The position numbers and the translations under genes were made by a program. Under the pieces are notes generated by a model. That model was given only the letters and a program-made list of their open reading frames with translations. It did no database searches and was not told the DNA's origin. From contig OZ059895.1 of the NCBI GenBank assembly GCA_964057225.1, forward strand, positions 14,198,001 to 14,262,000: a DNA stretch of 64,000 bases, in the 5' to 3' direction. Position 1 is the first letter of the stretch, and the number at the start of each line of letters is the position of its first letter. Of the stretch, positions 13,401 through 30,157 are shown in pieces. This stretch comes from Auanema rhodensis (taxonomy: Eukaryota > Animalia > Nematoda).

Positions 13401-13936
13401 ACATCAAATTAAAAAATATCACCCTGTAAACTTTGAGCATCTCCAAAGAAAAAAGAATGGCAGCCCTATCATAGAAGGATGATTTTCCAACAATATTTTT
13501 TTTTTCTTCGCATAGACGTTTGTATATAGCTACAGTAATAGCCTTACGGGTCTGTTCGTTATAGCTGTAAATTAGATTTTTTTAATGTTTACTGTTATAT
13601 TACCACTCACTCATCTCTAGTTTGCTTGGTAAGTTCCTTACAGCGTCCCTCCTTGAACAAAACGTTAATTCTAATATCATACTTGTAAATGGGAAGATTA
13701 GGTTTCAAAGCTGAAATATAGCAGTTCAGATAAGAAAATTATGTGCTCCTCACTAAGTCTCCACATATTGGTCTTAAGAGGACATGCAGCTCCTCTTGTA
13801 CCAGCAGGCTTCCTGGGTGCAAATGTCGCCTTAAGCGACATAGCCTTTGCTTTCTCAGTTAATACATCTAAACCATATCAGATGAAGAAGTTTACACAAC
13901 CTTATGGCTGATAAAGCATTATTAAAACATACCCAT
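10498..13936 (-). CDS. Worm-specific Argonaute (WAGO clade), PAZ-MID-PIWI
   Basis: N-term FAPRKPAGTRG..LKTNMW; PAZ region; PIWI motifs KTNLKLGGVNY, FYVGIEMSHP, VVSKDHTERLF, NVPPGTVVDTTIVSP..EFYLNSHSAFQGTAKTPKY; ends RYNA*. Confidence 0.93.
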
Positions 13937-15890
13937 ATTCGTTAGACAAGAAAGCAACGGCTGTTGACTTCACTGAGTTTGGTTTGAATGAATCAACTAA
14001 TTAAGTAAAAAATTTTAGGCGGTTAACTAGCAACCTTCTTCTGATCTACCTACAACTGGGAAAAATGATCACAAATAACCAAATAAATATTTCAACATAA
14101 TGGCATATTGCCAAATATTGATTGAAATTACAGTAATACTCATTAGTATTATGAGAAAGTGTTCGGAGCTTATGTTTCACAACTCATAAATCCCAAAATT
14201 CCCACGTTAATTATATAGTCAAACTTACCGATTCGTAGAACGCTATGAACCTTCTGATATCTGTAGATTATTTTTCAAATAATCTTTACGTGAAAAATTA
14301 GAATATATGTTTTCTCGGACATGTAAAAAACATGAAAAGTACTTGTTAAGCTTATCATATTTGATTTCTCAAGTTTTAGTAATAAAACTTTATTTATTTT
14401 TAAAATCATGTTAATCTATCAACCCGCGGTTGCCAAAAATATCTGGCTGTCGCATAGAAAAATAGACTTATTGCATTGAAGAAGATATATCAGAAGCAGT
14501 TAGTCTTCCTATTGTCCTGTCGTCTATTCGTGTTACCACCATATCTTTACGCAATTCCCTTGAGATCAAAGTTTCCAATCTAAGAAGGATAGAATACTAA
14601 GACAATCCACTAACTTACATTCGCAATCTTATAAATAAAATCATAAATTTTCAGAAGGCCTACAGCACTGTTTTATAAATAATTCTAAACTTGACATCTG
14701 ATGTATTATCGGAAGTTATGTTATATTCTCTACAACAATGATATGACTTATAGCTGTTATTGCTTTTGTTAATTATTTGTTTTTAATATTTAAAGATAAT
14801 TTAATGGCTATTTTAACAAAATAAAATAATAATCTCAAGAGATACTGATATGAATTAGCTTTCCTTTTCCCCTTCATTCTAATTATATATATATACTTTT
14901 TAAGTAGAAAGGAAGATCTGTATTATTTTAATATGTTCACTCAATAGTTTGTTACAACTCTACAAGCCAAGCCAATCTTTGCCTGCTATTCTTGATCAAA
15001 TTTCTTATTTTTATAGCGTTCACCTCTTTCAATACTGAAAAAACAAAGTAAGATCTATTCAATTTTCTCTAAATTAAGAAAAATTAAGTTTCTTAGTTCG
15101 TTTGGCGACAGAGTAGTTAGTAGTACATTCTTATTTTGAATATTGCACACAAGGTAAGCAATGCTCACTAGAGGTCAATCCTGCTGATCTAATGGTTTGT
15201 TGAGATTTGCCTTTCTAGAGTTATAACTACAACTGGCCGAATCCAATTCGCTTACATTTTCTTAGAGTGTTGTGCTGCATTGCCCAAGTTTGGTTCTGCA
15301 GACAGCGGCCTATAGATTCTGGAAGAACATCCGTCTCGACTTTGTAGTTTCGTGATGTGTCTTTTGGAATATCTCCATTCTTCTAGTACTTAAGTTTCTC
15401 CATTAGCCATGATCAATTCATCTCGATCAGAAGAACAATTACTGTCCCATAAGTCTCACAGCCATCCTTAAAGTGCATACAAAACTGCAACTAATATGTA
15501 GCTCTCCTAAACCTTCTCTGCTCACTATGAATGTCTTTGTTGTTTTTTCCTCGAAGACTGTCTGATATTCTTAGATTCTTAGATTCATTGATGCTTTGTT
15601 CTGATTCAAGGAACAGAACATGGTTGTGAAGGGAGCGAACATAAGTCCGTAACAAATAATAATGAGGAAGTATGCTTTATGGTGTTAAATCCATAAAAAC
15701 TATTCGTTTGTGATTTTCTTTTTTCTAAGCTTTCTGTCTTTAATGCATTCCCGACTCATTCATCTAATTGAGCTAGCCACCCATAGATGCAGTATCCGGT
15801 TTCTTCTGAATTTCTTCAAATATCTACTTTTGAAACTTTTGAAATGTTTTTTATTTCTTTAATAGCTTCTATGTTTATTTTTACTTTTAG

Positions 15891-18800
15891 ATGCTGGTAT
15901 TACACCAGACAGTTTCATCCAATCATAAGTCAGATCTATGTCAGAATAGCAACGTAGATTGTATTCATGCTTCTACATCAAGAATCATGTCATGGATCAA
16001 GAACCAGGTATTTTTATTTCATTTTTTCTTCAGTGTACTTAATAGGAAGCTGTATAGTGCAGACAATTATCCATTTAAAACCTTTTCAAGAGTGTAACTC
16101 ATTTCGAATTGTGTTTTGACTACAAATGCTTAATAGTTCATTATATAACCTTAAATTAGAGAAAAACTTGACAGTCTTAATTAGAGTAACGAATAGAAAT
16201 TAATTAAACTTTGTAAAAGCTTGAATATATCTTCAGACTATTGATGTGGCATGGAATCTGTGCAGCACCAGTCCAAATATGATGGATTGGATAGGGATTT
16301 TCGATCAAGGTTAGCATTACTTCCTTTGTTTTGAATAAGTTCATATGTATAGTTCAAAAGTATTATTCATATTTTAAGAAACTTCCACTCAGCTCTCTTA
16401 CTTGGACTCGAGGCAGATAGGTCTCGGTTCCACTGGCACTTTAAAGTGGACGACTAACGAAGAAGTTTTAGCTTGTTCTAATAGTTTTTATTTTGCGTAA
16501 GTCAATCTTTTCCCTCTTGTCTTCTTCTCAAAATCTTTGCTCCCACTCACTCTTATAAGATAAAAATATCCAAAAATCCGAAGAAGATTTTTTATTTTAT
16601 GTTTTGCATTGGCAGTTTTCGTTTTTCCTTGTCAGGCATGAGTAAATATTGCTTGTATGTATGTAGAACGTTTTGCTCTGAGGTTTAAAAAAGAAGATTT
16701 TTAGCTTTTTGTTTTTCTTCAGTCTGGGGGCACATTATGTCACGCCCCCGATTTGTCCCTTGGGTCCATCATTTTCTCTGTAATTCCAATGTTTTTGAAG
16801 CAAAACTTTGACGGATGACAAACTAGGAGAGCCTGATAGGAAAATTTGTGTTAAGTCGTCTCATCTGACATAGCATGCTTTCATTCTTTCATGTGTTCTT
16901 TAGCACCTTTATTAAGTTTTCTTTTTGAAATCAGAACTAAACTATTGTTTGAGTCGGTTTAGAGCATGGTCCCCATACATATGCATCTATATGTCTTCAA
17001 GTTCATTCTTCTCATAATCATAAATAATATTCAAAGCCAATATATCTCTATAATAGAGCTATCCTTCACTTTATCTACTTCTAAACCATTTTTCTATTTA
17101 TAAATTTCTTAATGGCAATGCGATATTGGTGACATTCAGCCTTTAGTGCGAAATAATTGAACGTTTGCCATGCAACAATGTTCTTTGGGACACACAATGG
17201 CATTTACAAAAAGCTTAAAAACATTGGAAACTACTTGAAAACAATTTAGTTGGCGAGTTCATGAATGCTTGTGGCAAGCGGATATTCATCCTTCAGAAGA
17301 ATTATGCTTCACGTTTTCTCATCTACATTTGATAAATGATCTTCAAGTTGTGCTGTTCTTTTCATTTTTTGCCAATTTGAACTACAATCAGTGGTGTGTT
17401 CAATACGTCAACGTTGTCCGGCAATTTGTCAGAATCCCCTGAGACTTCTCCTCATCCTATCCCGATACCCCATCCTTTCTTCTCAATTTGCTTGACCTTC
17501 AAATCTTAATATTAGCTTTTCAAATTGAGATTTTCTTTAAATTGCTTCTAAATTTTTACATAAGCTGCATCTTTTTAGATACATTAACGGTCTTTCTGGT
17601 ATTGTTATCACTCGGTCAGAGCCAATAGCTGTAACAAATCAAGGCGAATTAGTTGTTAAAGGTATGTTTAGCTTGAATTATTTCTTATTTTTTGTTTTTT
17701 TTTTTTCAAATATTTTGCAAAGAAGTCATTTGAAAAACATTATAATGATTTATTAAACGGGAACTCTTGAAGTTATGAATAACATGTCATATTATGAGAT
17801 TGTTAGTTAGAAGCATGATAAGAAACGATTAAAATCCCTCATGTGTGTCAGATTATTTTAAGTTCATTGTTTTTAGATCTCAGTATACATGGAGAACTGA
17901 AAGAAGTCACTGAAATTAAATTTTCAATCGAAAATCATCGTCCAGTATCTTCAGTTATTATTAACAACAACTTACAGCCTTTTCAAGTAAATTTTTTTTT
18001 TTTTGGTTTTGGGTTTCTTGATTTCCTTTGAATGTCATCGTCTAAAATGATTCAATAAAAGCTCTGATTCCTATTAGACATCGGAAGCAATCAGAGGTTT
18101 CAATTTCAGCCATTTACCCTGTCGATTGTGAACGCTGAGACTAATCCTCTAATCGTTCAAATTGGTCGAACTCGCTTAAGTATTCCCCTACAAGACATAG
18201 CTACATTGAATAGGTCAGTTAAAGTTTTAAACATTTTTGTTTAATGGAAAGTATGCTGAGAAGTGTTGTTAATGTAGTACTAAAGTCTCTTTATTAGTGT
18301 TTTGAGAGCCTATAAAGTAAAAGCTAATAAAATAATTGAAATGCTGCCACATTCATGCAGGCATTCATCCCCTTTTCAACTTTTCTCCAAAACTTTACAG
18401 CCTGTTACTTAGATGGTAAAACATGAAGAAGAAGCCGTCGGCTAATTCTGAAATTGCGTGATTGTGGAAACAACCGAAAAAAAATTAAACTTAACTAAAA
18501 CAATTGAAGTTGACTGGCAGCTGTATTTGGTTGTTTGAGAAAACATAGGCAAATGATGTTGGCATTTAGAATTCAGCTCTGAATTTTGTTAAATGTCTCA
18601 TTGTTACTAAAGATGTAAGTTGACACAAGCGTTTCGGCCTACAATTTTGAGAGAAAAAAAATATTCATTGAAGCTTGCTGATTAGTTATAACATTAATCA
18701 GAAAGACTAGTGACATCCTTATAAATGACTTCTCGGTGAAGTGCTTAAAGCCTTGTTTCGAGGTCGCTTTTATCTTCCATTCTTGGCTTAATTTAAGCAT

Positions 18801-21800
18801 CGTTTGACAACTCATTCATCCCAAAGGGAGTTGAGAAAGCATCTTTTGAACCATAGCTTATGACAGAGACGAGAGAAAGATGAGAGAAAAACACGAGCTT
18901 AGAGATGAATGCACGATGTTTCTAAAAGTTGCAGATTGTAAGAGAAAAAAGAACAAGACATGCTTGTAAATCAAGCTGTTGAGCTTCATAGCTCTTTGAG
19001 TTTTCTTAAATCACGCTTTTTCTTTATCTGGCATGATCTACTGAAAATCTGACTGCATGCATGCTGGACGTGTCAGAACTCTTCTCCATCAAAATCGTCT
19101 GGCATTTTCTCACTGCTCCATTTATTTTGGGCCGTATCTCATAGCACCGATAGGAGTTTCAACTCGTTTTTCTATGACGATGTCGCTTAAAATCATACAT
19201 TTAAAACCCAGAAAAATATATTTCTTGTTATTGTTTTGTTATAAATAAATCATGAATCTTGATTTATTTTGAATTATTACGATTAAACTTCCTTGTAAGC
19301 ATAACCTGGAGGAGGGAATATGAATAGTATCTGCAAATAGCTTGTAGCTCAATAGATTTGACTCTCATACTCATAACAATATACGTAACACAAGAACACA
19401 ATATAATTAGTGACGTCAGACTTTCAATATTTTCTTTTATTTATTTTTTTATTTCATGTTTTTTATATTTATGGTTCATGCTTTTAGTAATTTGAACATC
19501 TCACTACCAACTGGACTGCAAAATTGCTTTACAATAGTCTTGGATGTGAAGATAATGCCTTTTATCCGAACTGGTAAGTTAGTTGAAGTATATCTTATTC
19601 ACCTACAATTCGTATTTTCTATTCTGTTCCACATTTTTTTCACTTTTCTGCATTTTAGATAGTTTTTCCTCTCCTACGGACACTCCCCTTGTTACCCCTT
19701 CAGTTTCTGGAAGTTCAATGAGTCAAACAAGGTTAGTTTTTGAAATATATTTTGGAGCTGCAGTAATAGACCTATTAGTCTATGCTGTTTCTCTTTATTT
19801 TTCAAATTATTAATAGTAATAAACTAAATGTTCAATTTCAGTTCTTCAAGTTCATCAAGTACTGATATTGTTGCTTCCAGAACATCAACATATCTTCCAA
19901 CGGGTTACTAGTTTTATTTTTCTTTTGTTGTTTTTGAATTTAGCAAAAAAAAAAAGAGTCCAAAAACCATGTTTCGCAACATATTTATCCCAATTTTGAG
20001 AACGGCGAATGAGTTGCAGACAAGGCTGTGAACCTCAGTTATGCTAATTTAGTTGACGTAAATTTTTTTGTAACATATCCTTTTCAAATTTTGAATTTGA
20101 AAAATTATAAATACAAATCATTTATCATTATTATTCTAAATTTATAAATATTATTATGTTATTAAAGTTATTTATAGGCTGGGAAGCTTGCAAAGATAAA
20201 AATGGAAGAACTTTCTATATTGATCATAAAACGAAAAAAACGACTTGGCAACACCCTTCATTTCCATCAACATTTAACTTGAATCCTGAATCAAAAAGGT
20301 TTTCAAATATAATAATGATATTATTATATTTATTTATTATCTCTATATAGATATTCTATGGTTAGAAGAACAATAGGCTTATCTCCGCCACCCTTTTGTT
20401 CATCTTCTGCTCAATTGTTTCTACAACGAGATGATTTTATAAGTTTATTACACGAACATCCTGTATGTCCTTGTTCATATATTTGTTTACAAAAAAATGA
20501 TTTTATTTATTTAAGAATGCTTTATCTATGTATAACTCATCTCCCTTATTGAAACATATGATTCATCGAATACGTAAATGTGGTGATGCTTGCGAAAAGT
20601 TCGAAGGTCACAAAGATTTTGTACAGTTCATTAATCATTTTGCTGATACTACTCAGCCTTTACCTCCACATTGGCAAGCGTCAGGAAAACATCCGGTAGC
20701 ATTGAAATCATTTATATGAAAAACAATGACGACCTGAAATTCAGACTGTATTCATAGATCACGGAGGCAGAAAAACAACATTACTGGATCCTCGACTTCC
20801 TACTACCTCAGCAACATCAGATAGACGTCGTGGTAAATCAGCACCACCCAGTCGCCGAAGCCAAGTATGGCATAGTGATTTGTATGTGATCTGTAACAAT
20901 AACGCTTTTCAGCTTGACAATAATGGTAACATGCTTGACATTGTCAATAGAACAAAGGAAATAGCAAGTATAGTCGAGAAACGTATGCCAGAATTGGCTC
21001 CTAAAATTAGAAAAAAATTGAGGTCTTGCTTGATCAGTTGTCATGATATTTCATTTATGTCTGTTCAGATTAATTGAGAGACTTGGTCACTTAGCATTAA
21101 GCAGAATGGCCAATGATGTTGATCTGATAATGGCTATAAGTATCTTAGAAGCGGATGATCCGGTCACGACAAGTGAAATGGAGGAAAAGTTAAATCATTT
21201 CTATACATCCCTTCACCGAAGTGGATATGGTAAAGGCCCACAGAAGATTAGGTGAATTTCTAATCACTGCTTTAACCAAATCGATCTTGACTTCTTGCAG
21301 ATTCCGTTTTAGTCGACAAAATTTGCTGAAAGATGCGTTTGAGCAAGTCTTAAATATTGATTCAACCCTCCTAAAAAAAGCAAGATTATCAATCACTTTT
21401 GATGATGAAGACGGGTATTTTCTAGAAAATATGATTCAAAAAACTAACAGTAAACGACATTTCAGATTAGATTATGGAGGGCCTTCAAGGGAACTTTTTT
21501 TCTTGCTCTCTCGAGAACTTTTCAATCCCTATTATGGTCTGTTCGAATATGGTTCCACGGATCATTACACTGTTCAAATCAGCTCCAATTCAGCATTAGT
21601 TGATAATGACACAAAATGGTAACAAACGAAAGTTTTTTGATACTTCGTACAGTGATTTCATAAACAAAGTAATATGAAATTTATGGATTGATCAATACAT
21701 GCCTACATGTATTTGTCAGTTTTAAATTCTTATCAGACTGTTATTCAAAAATATTTTGTTTTTCTGATTATTATAGTGATAAATTGAATATTTCTCTCGA

Positions 21801-23820
21801 AACTTGACATAATTTTGATAGTTTAGGTTTGAATTAGCAGGACGTGTGTTAGGATTGGCCCTCTTGCATCGATGCTTGATCGACACTTTCTTTTCACCCA
21901 CATTTTATAAAATGTTATTAGAAGTGTAAGTGTGTGTGTATTAATGATGTGGAAGTAAATCACAAATGATGTAGGCCTGTAACATTACAAGATATGGAAC
22001 AGATAGATAACGAATTCTATAGAAGTCTTTTATGGATTCGAGAAAACCCTGTTGACGAATCACTAGCCTTGACATTCACCTCCACTCATACTATCAACAA
22101 TAAGGTATGAGGAAATAGCTGAATCGATAAGCTAAATATGTTTTTTTCTAGATAGTAGAACATGAACTTCTTCCAAACGGTAATGAATTAAAAGTGAATG
22201 ATACAAACAAAGAGGAATTCATCTCGTTGATGATCAAATGGCGTTTAGAAAGGGGAATTGAACGACAAAGCAAAGCTCTTCTCAGAGGACTTCATCAAGT
22301 GAGCATTTTCAAAACAGTCCTGTTCAACCCTGACTATTTTCTAATTTTGAAGAGCAGTCCTTCCCTTCACCCATTTTCATACACCTCCCAGACCTTTTTT
22401 CCCCTCCTTTTCCTCATTTGTTTGTTTGTATTTCCGTTTGTCGTGATTCATCAAACATTGAGATTCCCAGAAGCCTTGTCTTAAAAAACGATCGGAGTGC
22501 TATTTACTAAGCGAATTCTCTTTTTAAGATTATTGATCGCGATTTCCTTCATGTATTTACACCGGGCTTGCTAGAATTAGTTTTGTCTGGAACAGTTGAG
22601 ATCAATCTAGATGATTGGCGTGCCAACACAGAGTATCGTGTATGTTTTTGCTTGTTCTAATGTGGAAACTATTTCACAGCCTTAATTTGAGAAACTTGTC
22701 ATGATGTTACATATTACAGGGAGGATATTATGATGAACATGTGGTAGTTGAATGGTTCTGGTGTACTGTTGAACAAATGACAAATGCTGAGCGTTTAAAA
22801 CTTCTCCAGGTTTGCTTTCGTTCATCTTCGCATCAATCGCAAAGTATAGCAACCGTTTTCATTGTTAGCTTTGATCTATGTTCCTTTTGTTATGCTAAGC
22901 CATGACTACCGAATAGAAAATAACTGGAAAGCAGGCTGTATGTATGATTATGTATGCACATCACTTTATTATTGCTTTATAACGAATTATTTTTTGCCTA
23001 GTTTTTGCATTTCAAAATTCGATACTTTTATGTTTTGTATAAGTATTAACTCGCACCAGAAAAATAGTTCCTCTTCAACCTTGAAAGTAAGGTTTTAAAG
23101 TGACTCGCTATCGTTCATCATCGAATACCTGGCCAGCTGGATTTTGTTAACAACAACAGCTGGCTCATTGTCCTTTGGTCCATTTGTTCTTATGCATGGT
23201 CGACAAATTCTTTCTAAATTTTTTATCAAGTGTAAAAAGAGGGCGAGAATTTGAAAAAAAATGTATATTGAATGAATTACGATCACATGCTTAAATATTG
23301 TTTTCATTTCCATACTATTTATACAATATAAGCTTGTTTATACAAAAAAACTTGTTAAAGTAACACTTGGTCGAAATTCCAGAAAAAAAAAAACGAAAAT
23401 TGACAAAACTATTTCGAAATTTTAAAAGTTCTAGAGCTTTCTTTTAGTTTGTGACTGGAACGTCGAGCGTCCCGTTCGAAGGATTTTCAATGTTACGAGG
23501 AAGTAATGGGTTGAAGCGATTCACTATTGAGAAATGGGGTGACGAATACAGCCTTCCAAGGTTGGTCAATCTATCTTTTATAAATTTGACAATGTGATAA
23601 TCTATTAGAAGCTTTAGAAAAAAAATATAATAACATGTCATTTTATCGTATCGATGATAAAAATGTATCTTAAGATGTCATAGTTCCTTTTTATCATGTG
23701 ATTTATAGAGCACATACATGCTTCAATCGACTGGATCTACCTAGTTACCCCACAAGACATATTCTGCGCAGCAAATTGTACTTGGCCATTAATGAAGGAA
23801 TCAACTATGCTATTGAATAG
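15891..23820 (+). CDS. hecw-1: HECW-type WW/HECT E3 ubiquitin ligase
   Basis: HECW N-terminal-like exons ([20 protein letters not shown]), WW ([27 protein letters not shown]), HECW helical bundle ([14 protein letters not shown]...), HECT ([16 protein letters not shown]...[13 protein letters not shown]...[12 protein letters not shown], catalytic Cys), stop 23818-23820. 5' end uncertain. Confidence 0.9.
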
Positions 23821-25312
23821 GAAAAAAAGGAATTAGTTTAAAATAATATCCAATGTGTTCGGACGAAATTTATTACAGCAACTACTTATCTGTTGAGAAA
23901 TTTTGTTTATAAAATCATAGAATCATAAAACAATGATGTTGTGTAAATATAAGTGAACCGAGCGAAAGTTCATCTCTCATCTAATATTGTTGGAAAAAAA
24001 ACAATTTTTTTATTTTAAGAAAGCAGATTAGGTTGTTACAATCGTTTTTACAAGTATGTAATTATTCATTGTATGCTTATTGACATTTATTTTGTGTTTA
24101 TGTAATTATTTGAAGCCATCTCATTTTACAGGTATTAATAAAGCTGATGAAATATTTACAACTCTCTAGCATTTAGTCGTAGATCTGACGAAAGCCAAAA
24201 CGTAATAATGACGAAACGCTCGACGAAAGATTGAATGTTAAGATGGCATCCATTTTAAGAAACTAGAGACCTTCGCTACACCACTTTTACTTTTTCCTAA
24301 TGATTCTAAGTTGAGAACCAGTTTGACTTGTCTATCCTTTATAGCAAATGTTTGAAGCACATCCCTGTAAATAGATACATGATCACTAGTTCTTTTTCTT
24401 TCGACATGGAGGAAATTAGTTATATTTTAAACACAATATTAATGCCCCAAAGTAAGATTTTCATTACATTTCAACAATATTCATTTGATTTCAAGCTTGA
24501 AGGAGATGAATCATTAAATTTTTTATCAAACAACGTTTTATATAGGGGGAAATTGCTTTCTTTCGTGTTACTCATTGAATTTTCAATAACAGGCAGACAG
24601 GCAGAGACCGAAAGAGAGAGGGGGAGGAGAGAAAAGGGGCGGAGCCGCTATGGACGATGGTTATGATCAATGTGGAGGGAGAAAACTCATTCGCTTCTGA
24701 TCAGAATTTCGTAAGTGTTGACTGTCTATTTCGTAAATCATCATAAACCTAATCTTCTTATCTTATCTTTCTGACTCTAGGTCTTTATTTTTATAAATTT
24801 CATCTATATAAATTGCCAACTAATGGAATAAACTAGTTTTCTTTTTAAAATGTTCTCAGTCAAGTTTCTTCTTCATAGCACTATGTCAATATTTTTTCAT
24901 TAATTTAATCAACATGTTACTTATTCTTCATGTCTACTCTTATTCCATTTTTATAAGCTTTCTTTGTCATGGGACTGTGAGAAGCTAAACAGGCCCCAGC
25001 ATTGGTTTCCTCTTTTCGGTCAAACCAGAAACCGGACTGGCTATTTCTGCTTCTAGTCTGTCAGACCAATCAAACTCTTAAACAATCGGTCATCCTGTTT
25101 TGCCAAATTTCATTTCAGAAACTCGAACTGATTTCCCTTATTGAACATATCTATTAAAGATGAAAATAATATATTATAAGCAAAACAAATAGATTTTACA
25201 TTTTATCAAAACAATTCTTCCTATTTCGTTCATTTTTTTTCAGTTTGTCTTCTTATTTACATCAACAATTTTTTAGAGAAAGCTTAATGGTCAAAACAAA
25301 GTATTTGCCGCT

Positions 25313-25895
25313 TCAAAATAGTATTGTAAACATTCGATAACGCTTGCAGATGAGGAAAACGTAGTCTAATGGAGACATTACCTCTTCAGACAGCCTTCTA
25401 TACAAATCTCCCCATGCAAAATATCTTCGAAAGAGCCTATATGCCCTTGCCTGACCTTTCGTTTTCAATAGATCTATACACTCTAACATAGCGGTCTTTC
25501 TATCTCTATGCTCTCCTACATACATTGATGTATACGCCTCTATGCTCTGTTCAATTTTACTGTTTACGCTCTTTGGCTCGAGTGCAGCCTACCTAGTAGG
25601 TCAAGTTCAGTACATCGCCATTTCAGCCATAAACCTTTCGGCTTTGTACTTTTCGAACAACTGATACTTCTGATACTGAACTCCATGATCAACGATCCTA
25701 TTTCTGATGCTCCAGCCATTTGCGAACATTTTTTTTTGCCCTCCTCTCTTTTATTACAAAGTAGTCAGCTGCAGTCAATTCCAATTCGCGCGTGAGAGTA
25801 TCACGCGACGAGAATTGTGCGTCACCAATTAGATCATTTACGAAATTTTTATAAATTTGAGCGGCTGATCTTCGAGTGGTGTACAAGGTATCCAA
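25313..25895 (-). pseudogene. Decayed intronless coding remnant of unknown (possibly mobile or viral) origin
   Basis: Two ORF-track fragments joined by a frameshift and in-frame stops. No splice signals, and GC is higher than the flanks. Confidence 0.4.
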
Positions 25896-26022
25896 AATAC
25901 AAATTTTTGTTTTTTTATTTCGTATATTAAAACATTTACGTGATAAAAATTAATCTTTTTTCCTCTTATACGATAAGAGATTGTTGTTATCATTACAACT
26001 TTTATCAAATCAAATAAAATGA

Positions 26023-29109
<3,087 letters not shown>

Positions 29110-29465
29110 TTATTGGGAGAATGCTAAATGGATAAATAACATTATTTTTTTTCGATTTACCGATCTCTTGTAAATTTTTCTTAATTAAAAATTGGCATGT
29201 CCCTCATTCCTCCTGTATGATGAATATTTATGAGAATAGGTTGTTTTATTTATGTTAAACAATGAAATATGTTGGCTAGTTTGAAAGATATTTAAATGAA
29301 ATTAATGAACGGATCGAAAAGGTTAAAAGATGGTTTTCGAATCAGGATTTTTCTACCAATGGACAATGAGATATCATTCTCTTGTTTGCGTAGTCGATCT
29401 TCAATCCCAGAAGAAGTAGTGGGTTGGAAACGCTTCTCATTGTTGGTCGTCCTGTTCTGCGAACA

Positions 29466-30024
29466 ATGTCTCTCAAGTTAATAGTCTGTTTTATTCTGGT
29501 TATAGTAGTTTCAAAGGGTAAGTTCGAGATTCGTCAATATATTACAAACGCATTCGTAGCTCAATTCGTGAATCCACCATGCAATGTATGTCCTGACCCC
29601 CTGAGCTCCCTTTTCACTACGACAGAAGCGAGCAAGGTAACATGTGCTTTCTATTACCGCTGAATTATGCATTTGCAAGTATCGGAGTATTAAAATGAAT
29701 CATTTGCATTATTATTCAGGAGAGCACTACCAAAGGGCCACCAAACCGTTTTAACATGGATGGTTGGGAAACAGATGATAATGGAAATGTATTCATCGGT
29801 ATAACTAAGTCAACTTTCATTTTTATTCACATCAGCAATGAGTAGTTGCAGTTCTCCACTAACAGAAACAGATATAATAATTTTCAATATACTAACAGTA
29901 CTGCTTTTCAGGGGATGATAATGCAAAACTGTATTTGATCACTGTTGGATCTTATTGGCCATTCCCAAAGGACTACAGAAAAAAGAGAAGCATTAGTCTT
30001 TTTGATATTGTCAGATCTATTTAA
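29466..30024 (+). CDS. Predicted 106-aa secreted protein, 4 exons
   Basis: Canonical phase-compatible junctions give MSLKLIVCFILVIVVSKA-QFVNPPCNVCPDPLSSLFTTTEASKESTTKGPPNRFNMDGWETDDNGNVFIGDDNAKLYLITVGSYWPFPKDYRKKRSISLFDIVRSI*. Clear signal peptide. Confidence 0.75.
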
Positions 30025-30157
30025 ATATATTTTCTTTTAATGAGGCAGAACGCAATTCGAAATTAAATATTTATTGAATATGGCATTTACATCCATTTCC
30101 TACATACAGCTATCACAAAGTTATAACAAGAACAAATAACAATCCATAATAATGAAA

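Noticed and set aside
22890-22902. CTAAGCC as an intronic telomerase-RNA template
   Set aside because: Only 7 nt match the TTAGGC repeat; no supporting pseudoknot seen.
24175-24235. Hammerhead-like CTGACGA...GAAA with 3x GACGAAA
   Set aside because: No stem II or stem III pairing.
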